A stretch of 24,000 nucleotides of DNA from Lysobacteraceae bacterium. Lineage in GTDB: Bacteria > Pseudomonadota > Gammaproteobacteria > Xanthomonadales > Ahniellaceae. A model generated the notes under the pieces. It saw only the letters and a program-made list of their open reading frames with translations. It was not told the origin of the DNA and ran no database searches. Positions 8,628-18,973 of this stretch are shown here, in pieces (position 1 is the first letter of the stretch; the number at the start of each line of letters is the position of its first letter). The translations under genes and the position numbers were made by a program. Location of the stretch: positions 1-24,000 of the forward strand of contig JAJTHZ010000031.1 in assembly GCA_021299185.1 (NCBI GenBank), written 5' to 3'.

Positions 8628-9323
8628 TCAGGTGGGCATCGGCTTGCCCTGTTCGGCCAGCGTGAGCGCGACCTTGTCGCGCAGGTAGACCGGCTGCGCG
8701 TCCAGCGCATCGACACCGAGGCCGGCGGCGAGATCGCGCGCGGCGAGGCGCGCGAGGTCGGCCGCGCGCGGCAGGGCATCGGGCGCCACCTGCGCCAGCG
8801 CGCTGCCGAAGCGCGCGCCCAGCGCGCCGCCGTGCGCGCCGAAGCCGGTGCCGACCCCGGCGAAGCGCGCGGCAGGCGCCGCCACGTCCTGCGGCGCCGA
8901 CACCGACTCGGCGCCGCGCGGCACCACGAGGCCGTCCGCGGCGATGTCGAATGCACCCGCGTAGACCTCGCCCATCCGCGCATCGACCAGCGCCAGCACC
9001 GGCAGGCCGTGGCCGGCGCCGCCCTGCGCCAGCACCGCCAGCGTCGACACCGGCACCACCGGACGGTCGAGGGCCAGCGCCAGGCCCTGTGCGATCGCGA
9101 TCGCGAGCCGGATGCCGGTGAAGGCCCCCGGCCCGCGCCCGACCGCGATCGCATCCAGTTGCCGCTTGCCGACTCCCGCCTCGGCCAGCAGCGCGTCGGC
9201 CATCGGCAGCACGAGTTCGGCGTGGCGGCGCGGCGCGAGCTCGAAGCGCTCGCCGACCGCGCCGTCGACCCACAGGGCAACGGTGCAGGCCTCGGTGGCG
9301 GTTTCGATCGCGAGCAGGCGCAT
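8628..9323 (-). CDS. tsaB: tRNA N6-threonylcarbamoyladenosine (t6A) synthesis protein TsaB (YeaZ)
   Basis: 231 aa. MRLLAIETATEACTVALWVDG...GRGPGAFTGIRLAIAIAQGLALA matches E. coli TsaB closely as I recall it (MRILAIDTATEACSVALW...[23 protein letters not shown]). Confidence 0.93.
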   Translation of the reverse strand: MRLLAIETATEACTVALWVDGAVGERFELAPRRHAELVLPMADALLAEAGVGKRQLDAIAVGRGPGAFTGIRLAIAIAQGLALALDRPVVPVSTLAVLAQGGAGHGLPVLALVDARMGEVYAGAFDIAADGLVVPRGAESVSAPQDVAAPAARFAGVGTGFGAHGGALGARFGSALAQVAPDALPRAADLARLAARDLAAGLGVDALDAQPVYLRDKVALTLAEQGKPMPT

Positions 9324-9350
9324 CGCGCGATTGTCGCACTCCCCGGCCGC

Positions 9351-10673
9351 TCACGCCGCGGCCGGCGTCGGCGGCGGCGCCGGCCGTGGCTGGTACCAGT
9401 CGATGCGGCGGGTCAGCCACAGGCTCGCGGCGACCATCGCCAGCAGGCCCAGGGCGCCGATCAGCAGCGCGAAGTCCTCGCTGCGCACCATCAGGAACAG
9501 GAATCCGTACAGCACCGCCAGCCAGGCGCCCAGCGCGAGTCCGCGCCGCACGCCGCCGAGCGCCGCGCTGCCCCAGGCGCCGAGGATCGCGGTCAGCGCG
9601 CTGCCGGCCACCAGGTAGGCAACACCGAAGCCGAGGTGCTCGGCCAGCGCCAGCAGCAGCACGTAGAACACGGCCAGCGCGAGCCCGACCAGCAGGTACT
9701 GCACCGGGTGCACGCGCAGGCGGCCGGTCAGTTCGGCGAGCAGGAACACGCCGAAGGTCAGGGCCACGAACAGCAGGCCGTATTTGAGGCTGCGCTCGCT
9801 GAGGCGGTACACGCCGAGGGGCTCGTACAGTTCCACGCCGAAGCGCGCCGCTTCCAGTGCGCCCGGCGCCGGCGCTTCGCCGGTCCAGCGCAGCGGCAAG
9901 TCGCGGTTGACCGCGAGCACCGTCCACTGCGCGGAGAAGCCATCCTCACTGACCTCACGCTCGCGGGGCAGGAAGGCACCGGCAAAGCTGGGCGCGGGCC
10001 AGGCGCCGCGGATCGCGACCTCGGTCTCGTCGGCCAGCGGCCAGGCGGACAACTCGCGCGTGCCGGACAGGGCGAACGCGAGTTCGAACCCGATTCGCTC
10101 GCGCGCCAGCAGGTCGGGCGGCAGCTCGACGCCCAGCGCCTCGATGCCGAACGCCGGCGCACCGAGGCTACGCAGCGGCAACTGTCGGCCGTCGATGTGC
10201 AGGCGCGGCACGCTGCGCACGCCGCGCAGGTCGGCCACCGGCAGCACCAGGCGCAGGCGCTCGATGCCGCCGGCCAGCGCGGCGCGCGCGCGGTCTTCGG
10301 GCGCGACCACGAACTCGCCGCGCAGCAGCACGTCCGCCGTGTAGACCGGGACCTCGAAGATCCCGCGCACGCGACGCTCCACGCCGAGCGTGGCGTCGAT
10401 GGTGGTCCGGGTCGGTGCCTGGCCGTGCGCGTCGACCACTTCGACCGGCTCCTTGTCGCGCAGCACCGTGCGCCGCTGGCGCCATTCCAGCACCGGCGGC
10501 GCGAGCACCTGCGCGCGGCCCTGGCTGCGTGCGATCCCTTCCTCGGCCTCGGCCAGCCGGCCGGCACGCTCCTGCACCAGGTCGCCGACCAGGCCGAGCG
10601 GGATGGCAAACAGCAGGCACAGCACGGCGATGCCGAGCAGCTTCAGGGTCGACGACTGGATCAAGGGCGGCAT
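9351..10673 (-). CDS. creD: Inner-membrane protein CreD (cell envelope integrity protein)
   Basis: ORF 9351..10790. I moved the start to ATG 10673 (AGGAG 8 nt upstream), giving MPPLIQSSTLKLLGIAVLCLL. Blocks match E. coli CreD as recalled: PAPSFAGAFLPREREVSEDGFSAQW and LKYGLLFVALTFGVFLLAEL...VHPVQYLLVGLALAVFYVLLLALAEHLGF. Confidence 0.9.
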   Translation of the reverse strand: MPPLIQSSTLKLLGIAVLCLLFAIPLGLVGDLVQERAGRLAEAEEGIARSQGRAQVLAPPVLEWRQRRTVLRDKEPVEVVDAHGQAPTRTTIDATLGVERRVRGIFEVPVYTADVLLRGEFVVAPEDRARAALAGGIERLRLVLPVADLRGVRSVPRLHIDGRQLPLRSLGAPAFGIEALGVELPPDLLARERIGFELAFALSGTRELSAWPLADETEVAIRGAWPAPSFAGAFLPREREVSEDGFSAQWTVLAVNRDLPLRWTGEAPAPGALEAARFGVELYEPLGVYRLSERSLKYGLLFVALTFGVFLLAELTGRLRVHPVQYLLVGLALAVFYVLLLALAEHLGFGVAYLVAGSALTAILGAWGSAALGGVRRGLALGAWLAVLYGFLFLMVRSEDFALLIGALGLLAMVAASLWLTRRIDWYQPRPAPPPTPAAA

Positions 10674-10832
10674 GGGATGGCTCCTGGACGGGAAGTCCAG
10701 AGCCTGGGGCGCCGCGCGGGCGCGGCGCGGGCGCGCTGCGGCCGCGGATCGGGCGGATCGAGGGCAAGGCGAGCGCGTCGTAGACCCCATGCGTCAGGGC
10801 CCGGGAGAAGCCGCGAAAGGGTGGTGTTCCCT

Positions 10833-10900
10833 GTGGGAGCCGCTTCAGCGGCGACAGCGGCGGGGGGAATCGCTGCAGTCGCCGCTGAAGCGGCTCCCAC
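10833..10900. repeat. REP-type repeat cluster C (inverted pair)
   Basis: Canonical 22-mer forward at 10833-10854 and reverse at 10879-10900, with a 24-nt spacer. The pair lies between the helicase stop (11019) and the creD start (10673). Confidence 0.9.
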
Positions 10901-11018
10901 GGAACGCGCTGCGGCGGTTAAGGCTCACGCGTCGTGCAACAACGCCGGCGCCATCACCAGCGTGTCCCCGCGACGATTGCGCTCAAGGCACCTTGCACCA
11001 ATGCGCATCGACGGCTGC

Positions 11019-12937
<1,919 letters not shown>

Positions 12938-12941
<4 letters not shown>

Positions 12942-15900
12942 GGTGCGTCGCCCGGCGGCGCCGCACGCCGGCGCGCGAGGGCGGCCTGCAACGCGGCCTG
13001 CAGCGCATCGGGTCCGGCAGGCTTGCGCACGAAGGCGTCGAAGCCGGCTTCGCGGCACTGCGCCTCGATCCCGGCGCTGGCGTTGGCGGTGACCGCGACC
13101 AGCGGCAGCAGGGCCGCGTCGCCCGGCCGCTTGCGCACCATGCGCGCCAGCCGCAGCCCGTCCACACCGGGCAGGTCGAGGTCGAACAGTGCGGCGTCGA
13201 AGCGATGTTCGCCGAGCAGTCGCAGCGCATCGAGCCCGTTGGCGCCGGCCTGCACGCGGTGCCCGGCCACGCCGAGCAGGCCGACCATCACCTCGCGCAC
13301 GGTGGCATCGTCCTCGACCACCAACAACGCGAGGCTGCCGGCGACGCCTGCACTCGCATCCGCGGGCGTCGCGGCCTCGGCGCCAGTGGCCGCATCGGGC
13401 GCAGCGACCGGCGGCAGCGCGAGGCGCACGCGGAAGGTCGAACCCGCGCCCGGCGCGGTCTCGACCTCGATCCGGCCGCCCATCAGTTCCACCAGACGGC
13501 GGCTGATCGACAGCCCGAGGCCGCTGCTGCCGCGCCGGCGCGGCGCCGCGCCCTGCTCGTAGCGCGAGAACAGCCGGGCGACGGTTTCGCTGCCCATCCC
13601 CGGCCCGGTGTCGCGCACAGCGATCACGAGGCCATCCGCCTGCGCGGGATCCGCCGCGAGGTCGACGTCGACCCGCCCCCGCACGGTGAACTTCAGCGCG
13701 TTCTGGACCAGGTTGAACAGGACCTCCTGCAGTCGCGTGGCGTCGACCGCCACGTGGCGCGGCGCATCGGCGGCGATCCGCGAGGCGAGTTCCAGCCCGC
13801 GCTCGTCGGCCAGCGGGCGCAGCAGGGCGACCACTTCGTCGACCAGCGCCCACAGGTCGGCCGGCGCGGGCTCGAGCACGAAGCGCCCGGCCTCGATCCG
13901 CGACAGGTCGAGCAGGTCGTCGACGAGTTTCATCAGGTGCTCGCCGGAACGGCGCACGGTCTGCGCGTACTCGCGCTGGCGCGGGTCGAGACCGGATCGC
14001 AGCAGCAGTTCGGTCATGCCGAGCAGGCCGGTCATCGGAGTGCGGATCTCGTGGCCGACGTCGGCCAGGAATTCGGTCTTGGCCTGGCTCTGCCGCTCCG
14101 CCGCGAGGCGGCGCTCCTCGGCGAGCGCGAGCGCGTAGCTGCGCTCGACGCGCGCGCGCCAGGCGCGGAATCCGAGCCAGCCGGCGAGCGCGACGGCCAG
14201 CGCGTAGAGCGCGAACGCCCACGGCGTGCGCCAGGGCGGCGCGGCGACCTCGATCTCCAGCGCCTGCGGCGCCGGCGCCCACACGCCGCTCGGGTTGGCG
14301 GCCTGCGCCTCGAGGCGGTAGCGGCCGGGCGGCAGTTGCGATACCTCGCGTTCGCCACGGTTGCCGTTCTCGACCCAGTCCGCGTCGAAGCCCTGCAGGC
14401 GGAAGCGGTAGCGGTTCGCGGCGGGGTCGGCCAGCGACAGCGCGCGCACGCTGATGCGCAGGTCGCGGTCGGTGTGCGACATCCGCACCGGCTGCGCGGG
14501 ATCGAGCGCGATCCGGCTGCCGCCGCGGATCAGCGACACGCCGGACAGCACGACCGACGGCGGCACCTCGTTCTCCCGCACGCCCATCGGATCGAACGCG
14601 ACCACGCCCATCGCGCTGGCCACGAACAGCGTGCCGTCGGCGGCGCGCGCCACCGCACGCTCGCCGAAATCGGTGGCCGGCAGCCCGTCCGCCCGGCCGA
14701 TGCGGCGTACGCTGCGCGTCGCCGGATCGATCCGCCACACGCCGGTCGGCGCGAGCACCCACAGCCGGCCGGCGCGGTCGATCTCGAGTCCACCGCCGCG
14801 CACCGCGGGCAAGCCGTCGGCCGGACCGATGCGGGTGGTCTCGCGCAGGGCGTCGCCATCGCGCTCGAGGCGCAGGAGGCCGTCGGGCGCGTGCAGCCAC
14901 AGCCCGCCTTCGGCGTCGAAGGCGAAGGCTTCGATGCGGCCCGACGGCGCACCGGCCAGCGCCCGCCACGCGTCGGCAGCGCGATCGAAACGCGCAACGC
15001 CGGGCGTGCCGACCACCCACGGCGCGCCGTCGGGGCCGAACGCGAGCTGCTCGACTTCGTGGTGCGTGTCGGCATCCGTCCACGGCACGATGCGCTGCGG
15101 CCCGTCGGCGCCGGGTGCGAATCGTTCCAGCGCGGCACCCGCGACCGACAACCACACACTGCCGTCGCTGTCCTCCAGCAGCAGGTCGGCGAGTCCCGAG
15201 GCGATGCCGCCGCGCTGGCCGCCGCGCCAATTGCGCAACGCGCCGCTGCGCGGATCGAAGCGCGACACGCCGCCGCCATGCGCGAGCCAATAGGTGCCGT
15301 CGCGCGCGCACAGCAGCCCCAGGATCTGCCGCGGTGCGCCGGTGGACGGCCACGGCAGGTCGACGTACACGTCGGCGCCGGTGCGGGTGTCGAAGCGCGA
15401 CAGGCCGCCGTCGGCACCGTTGGACAGCAGGTCGCCGTCGGGGCACAGCGCGACCGCGCTGGCGCGCTCCTCGTCCAGCAGCACGCCCTCGCGCGGCGAA
15501 GGTCGCAGCAGGGTGAAGTTGTCCCAGCGCGGCTTGACGTGGACCAGCCCGCCCTCGCGGGCCGGGAACCACAAGCCGCCCTCGCGATCACGCAGGCCGC
15601 CGACGAAGTAGTTCGACGGCAGCGTGTGCGGTCGTCCGGGCTGGCGGCGGAACACCGCGAATTCGCCCGGATCCTGTTCGAGCACCAGCGCGTTCCGCGT
15701 GGGATACCAGCGGCGTCCGGCGTCGTCCTCGATCACGGCCTCGATCACCGCCTTGTCGGGCAGCTCGACCGGGCGCACGGTGCCGTCGCCGTCGACGCGC
15801 ACCAGGCCGTCGCGCAGGCCGACCCACATCGCGCCGTCGCCGGCATCGTGCAGCGCGGTCACCATCTGGCCGGGCAGGAACTGCCGCGCCGGACCATCCC

Positions 15901-16534
15901 CGGCCGGTGCGGCGTCGAGGTCGAGCACGCTCAGGCCGGCATTGGTGCCGACCCACAGCCGCCCGCCGGCATCGGTCCGCAGGTCGATGATGATGTCGCC
16001 GGCGATCGAAGACGGATCGCCCTCGCGGTGGCGCACCACACCGACCACGCCACGCGCGGGGTCCACGCGGTTGAGCCCGCCGGCGAAGGTGCCGGCCCAC
16101 AGCGCGCCGTCCGGCGCCTGCGCGATCGCCCACACGTCGGTGCCGGACAGTCCGTCACCGCCTTCGCCGCCGCGCCAGCTGCGCACCTTGCCGGTTGCCG
16201 GGTCGAGCAGCGACAGCCCGCCGTCCACGGTCCCGAGCCAGATCCGATCCTCGCGGTCGACGAACACGGTCTGCACGTCGTTGGCCGGCAGCGAGGCCGG
16301 GTCGGACGGATCGCGTCGCCACACGGTGAAATCGACGCCGTCGTAGCGGGCGAGACCTTCGGCACTTGCGATCCAGAGGAAGCCGCGGCGATCCTCCACC
16401 ACCTCGTAGATCCGCGTGGTCGGCAGACCCTCGGCCACCCCGAACGTCTCGAACAGCGGGGTCGGCGGCAGCGCCACGACGTCGGACGCGAAGCACAGCC
16501 CCGCCACCACGCCCCAGCCCCATCCTTTTCGCAT
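12938..16534 (-). CDS. Hybrid sensor histidine kinase/response regulator with a periplasmic two-component-regulator propeller + Y_Y_Y sensor
   Basis: ORF 12938..16687. I moved the start to ATG 16534 (signal-like [21 protein letters not shown]). There are at least 12 propeller repeats of the form G..W.G...GL.R.D (e.g. [16 protein letters not shown]). These are followed by a Y_Y_Y-like segment ([14 protein letters not shown]), a TM helix, the H-box [13 protein letters not shown], HATPase motifs ([25 protein letters not shown]) and a C-terminal receiver (LLVVEDD...[10 protein letters not shown]). The stop overlaps the helicase start. Confidence 0.88.
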
Positions 16535-16608
16535 CGATGATCCCCGCCCTGCCCGTCCCGTGCACCGCTGGTGAGGATAACCGGTCCACCGGCCGCGCAA
16601 GCGCAGGT

Positions 16609-16636
16609 TGCAGGCCTGCACGCACCGCCTGCACGC
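16609..16636. promoter_or_regulatory. Candidate operator: 12-bp perfect palindrome overlapping a tandem 10-bp direct repeat
   Basis: TGCAGGCCTGCA at 16609-16620 is a perfect palindrome. GCCTGCACGC occurs at 16614-16623 and again at 16627-16636. The motif lies in the 125-bp divergent region between the kinase start (16534) and the YceI start (16660). Function is unproven. Confidence 0.2.
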
Positions 16637-16659
16637 CACGCGCGGCACACTCTGGCGCC

Positions 16660-17247
16660 ATGAGCCGTCGCCCTGCCCTCGCCGCATTCGCCACCGGCCT
16701 GCTGCTGCTGGCCACCTGCGTCGCCGCCAGCGCCGCGCCGTCCCGCTGGCGGCTGGACCCGGTGCACTGCCAGGTGCTGTTCTTCGCCGACCACCTCGGC
16801 TTCTCGCGCCAGATGGGCCGCTTCACCGGCGTCTCCGGCCACCTCGAACTGGACCCGGACGACTGGACCACCGGCCGCGTCGAAGCCGAGATCGCGATCG
16901 ACTCGCTGTGGCTGGGCGACGCCGGCTGGGAAAAGAAGATGCGCTCCGACGATTTCTTCGACGCCGGGCGCTTCCCGACCGCGCGCTTCGTGGGCGAGCG
17001 CATCGAGCCGACCGGCGAGGCCACCGCCCGCCTGCACGGCACCCTGACCCTGCGCGGCGTGTCGAAGCCGGTGGTGCTGGACCTGCGCCGCAACCGCATC
17101 GGCCGCAACACCTTCAACCTCAAGCAGACCGCGGGCTTCTCGGCGCGCACCACGCTGAGCCGCAAGGCCTTCGGCATCAGCCGCCTGCCGGCGGCGATCG
17201 CCGACGAGGTCGAGGTCGTGCTCGAGATCGAAGCCATCAAGGAGTAA
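16660..17247 (+). CDS. YceI family periplasmic (polyisoprenoid-binding) protein
   Basis: This is the 3' part of ORF 16366..17247, starting at ATG 16660, with signal peptide [25 protein letters not shown]. YceI-like blocks: [48 protein letters not shown]. Confidence 0.85.
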   Translation: MSRRPALAAFATGLLLLATCVAASAAPSRWRLDPVHCQVLFFADHLGFSRQMGRFTGVSGHLELDPDDWTTGRVEAEIAIDSLWLGDAGWEKKMRSDDFFDAGRFPTARFVGERIEPTGEATARLHGTLTLRGVSKPVVLDLRRNRIGRNTFNLKQTAGFSARTTLSRKAFGISRLPAAIADEVEVVLEIEAIKE

Positions 17248-17253
17248 GTCCGC

Positions 17254-17874
17254 ATGGCGCTGCGCAACGACCAATGGGACTGGGGCGGCGCGATGCGCCT
17301 GCTGCACTGGGCGATCGCGCTCGGCGTGATCGGCCTGCTGGCGGTCGGCTGGTGGATGGGCGACCTGCCGAACGGCCCGCGCAAGATCGAGATCTACAAG
17401 CTGCACAAGTCGGTCGGCCTCACCGTGCTGGCGCTGATGACGCTGCGCATCGCGCTGCGCCTCGCCCACCGCCGTCGCCCCACACCGCCGGCGATGCCGG
17501 CCTGGCAGCAGCGCGCGGCGGACGCGAGCCACCTCGCGATGTACCTGCTGCTGCTGGCGATGCCGCTGTCGGGCTGGCTGTACAACTCGGCGTCCAACTT
17601 CCCGCTGAAGTGGTTCGAGCTGTTCCGCGTGCCGGCGCTGTCCGGGCGCGACGAGACCCTCAAGGCGATCAGCGGCGCGGTGCACGAATACGCCGCGATC
17701 GCGCTCGCGGCGCTGGTCTGCCTGCACGTGGCCGCCGCGCTCAAGCACCACTTCGTCGACCGCGACGGCGTGCTGCGCTCGATGCTGCCCTTCGCCAGCG
17801 CACGCCCCGCCGACCCCAGCCCGCGCACGCCGGACCCGCCCGCGCCCGCAACGCCCCAGGAGCCCTCGCCATGA
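17254..17874 (+). CDS. Cytochrome b561 family protein (CybB/YceJ-like)
   Basis: 206 aa, AAGGAG SD 9 nt upstream. Conserved blocks LLHWAIALGV, KLHKSVGLTVLALMTLRIALRL and LHVAAALKHHFVDRDGVLRSMLP parallel E. coli cytochrome b561 (LHAAAALAHHYFWKDNTLLRMMP as recalled). Confidence 0.9.
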   Translation: MALRNDQWDWGGAMRLLHWAIALGVIGLLAVGWWMGDLPNGPRKIEIYKLHKSVGLTVLALMTLRIALRLAHRRRPTPPAMPAWQQRAADASHLAMYLLLLAMPLSGWLYNSASNFPLKWFELFRVPALSGRDETLKAISGAVHEYAAIALAALVCLHVAAALKHHFVDRDGVLRSMLPFASARPADPSPRTPDPPAPATPQEPSP

Positions 17875-18425
17875 TCCGCACCGCCCTCGCCATCGCCCTG
17901 TTCGCCGCTGCCGGCGCGCCCCGCGCCGCCGACTGGTCGATGGTCGCCGACGGCAGTTCGCTGGCGTTCGCCAGCAGCTACGACGGCGAGGCCTTCAATG
18001 GCCGCTTCCAGCGCTTCACGCCGGCGATCACGATCGACCCCGCGAACCCCGCGGCGACCCGCATCGAGGTCTCGATCGACGTCGCCAGCGTGGGCACCGA
18101 CAACGAGGAGCGCGACGGCACCCTGGCCACGCCGGAATTCTTCTGGACCGGCAAGTTCCCCAACGCGACGTTCCGCACCACCGCCTGCAAGGCGGGCGCC
18201 ACCGCCGGTGCGATCGACTGCGAGGCCTCGCTCACGATCCGCGACCGCACGGCGGCGATGCCGTTCAACCTGCGCTTCGAGGCGGCGGGCGATCGCGCGA
18301 CGCTGAAGGCCGCGGCCAAGGTCGATCGCATCGCCTTCGACATCGGCACCGGCGAGTGGGCCGACACCGACCTGATCCCGCAGTTCGTCGACGTGACCGT
18401 GGACCTGGTGCTGGCGCGCAAATAG
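17871..18425 (+). CDS. Second YceI family protein
   Basis: Start ATG 17871 overlaps the b561 stop (ATGA), with AGGAG 8 nt upstream. Signal peptide MIRTALAIALFAAAGAPRAA. YceI-like blocks: FNGRFQRF, PEFFWTGKFPNATF, ASLTIRDRTAAMPF. Confidence 0.85.
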   Translation: MIRTALAIALFAAAGAPRAADWSMVADGSSLAFASSYDGEAFNGRFQRFTPAITIDPANPAATRIEVSIDVASVGTDNEERDGTLATPEFFWTGKFPNATFRTTACKAGATAGAIDCEASLTIRDRTAAMPFNLRFEAAGDRATLKAAAKVDRIAFDIGTGEWADTDLIPQFVDVTVDLVLARK

Positions 18426-18474
18426 GCCTGCACCGGGCAGACGGATCGCGCCGCACGCGGCGCTCCCGCCTTGC

Positions 18475-18496
18475 CCGCGGCGTCGCTCCGCCGCGG
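18475..18496 (+). terminator. Possible terminator hairpin after the YceI/b561 operon
   Basis: CCGCGGCG (18475-18482) pairs with CGCCGCGG (18489-18496) around the 6-nt loop TCGCTC. It lies 50 nt after the stop codon. There is no U-tract. Confidence 0.3.
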
Positions 18497-18525
18497 TGCC
18501 ACGACCCTGCCGCAGTATCGAGGGA

Positions 18526-18541
18526 GCGGCGCGCGCGCCGC
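18526..18541 (-). terminator. Possible terminator hairpin after the glutaredoxin-like gene
   Basis: Perfect 16-bp palindrome GCGGCGCGCGCGCCGC, 18 nt downstream (minus strand) of the stop at 18559. There is no U-tract. Confidence 0.25.
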
Positions 18542-18558
18542 GATTCCCCCACCCCGCC

Positions 18559-18795
18559 TCAGCCCCGGGGACCTGCAACGAACGCGCGCACGCCCCAGGC
18601 ATCGAACGGCCAGTCGAGTTCACGCCCGCTGGCCGGCTCGTGCAGCACCGGCACCCGCCAGCCGTAGCGCTCGGCGAGCTCGCCGGTCCAGCCGATCTCC
18701 ACCGCGACGTAGTCCGCCACGCCGGCGCCTTGCAGGGCGGCCTCCGCGAGGTCGCACAGCGAACAGGACTCGCGTCGATAGAGGTGCAGGGCCAT
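18559..18795 (-). CDS. Glutaredoxin-like protein (DUF836/Glutaredoxin_2 type)
   Basis: 78 aa. CSLC (CxxC) near the N-terminus, YGWRVPVL, and a C-terminal LDWPFD motif typical of this family. Confidence 0.75.
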   Translation of the reverse strand: MALHLYRRESCSLCDLAEAALQGAGVADYVAVEIGWTGELAERYGWRVPVLHEPASGRELDWPFDAWGVRAFVAGPRG

Positions 18796-18973
18796 GGACC
18801 GGCCTGTGGGAGCGGCGGGCCGGCAAGCCTACGCAAGCGAGGCACGGCCTGCCAGCCCGGCGCGGCCGGCGGCAGCGCGCCGGACGGCGGCGTTCCGACG
18901 CGCGAGGTGGCGGACTTCCGGCATGCCCTTTGCCTGCCACCGGTCCATCGGGCCCCGCCCGGTGGAGCCTTCG

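Noticed and set aside
13205-16540. 1111-aa plus-strand ORF antisense to the sensor kinase
   Set aside because: Same reasoning. The minus-strand frame carries complete propeller, HisKA, HATPase and receiver motifs, while the plus frame is low-complexity.
18806-18832. GTGGGAGCGGCGGGCCGGCAAGCCTAC as a ninth REP unit in the glutaredoxin/GT41 divergent region
   Set aside because: It shares only the first 8 nt (GTGGGAGC) with the core and has no clean internal palindrome. It may be a decayed or different REP, but the evidence is too weak to call.
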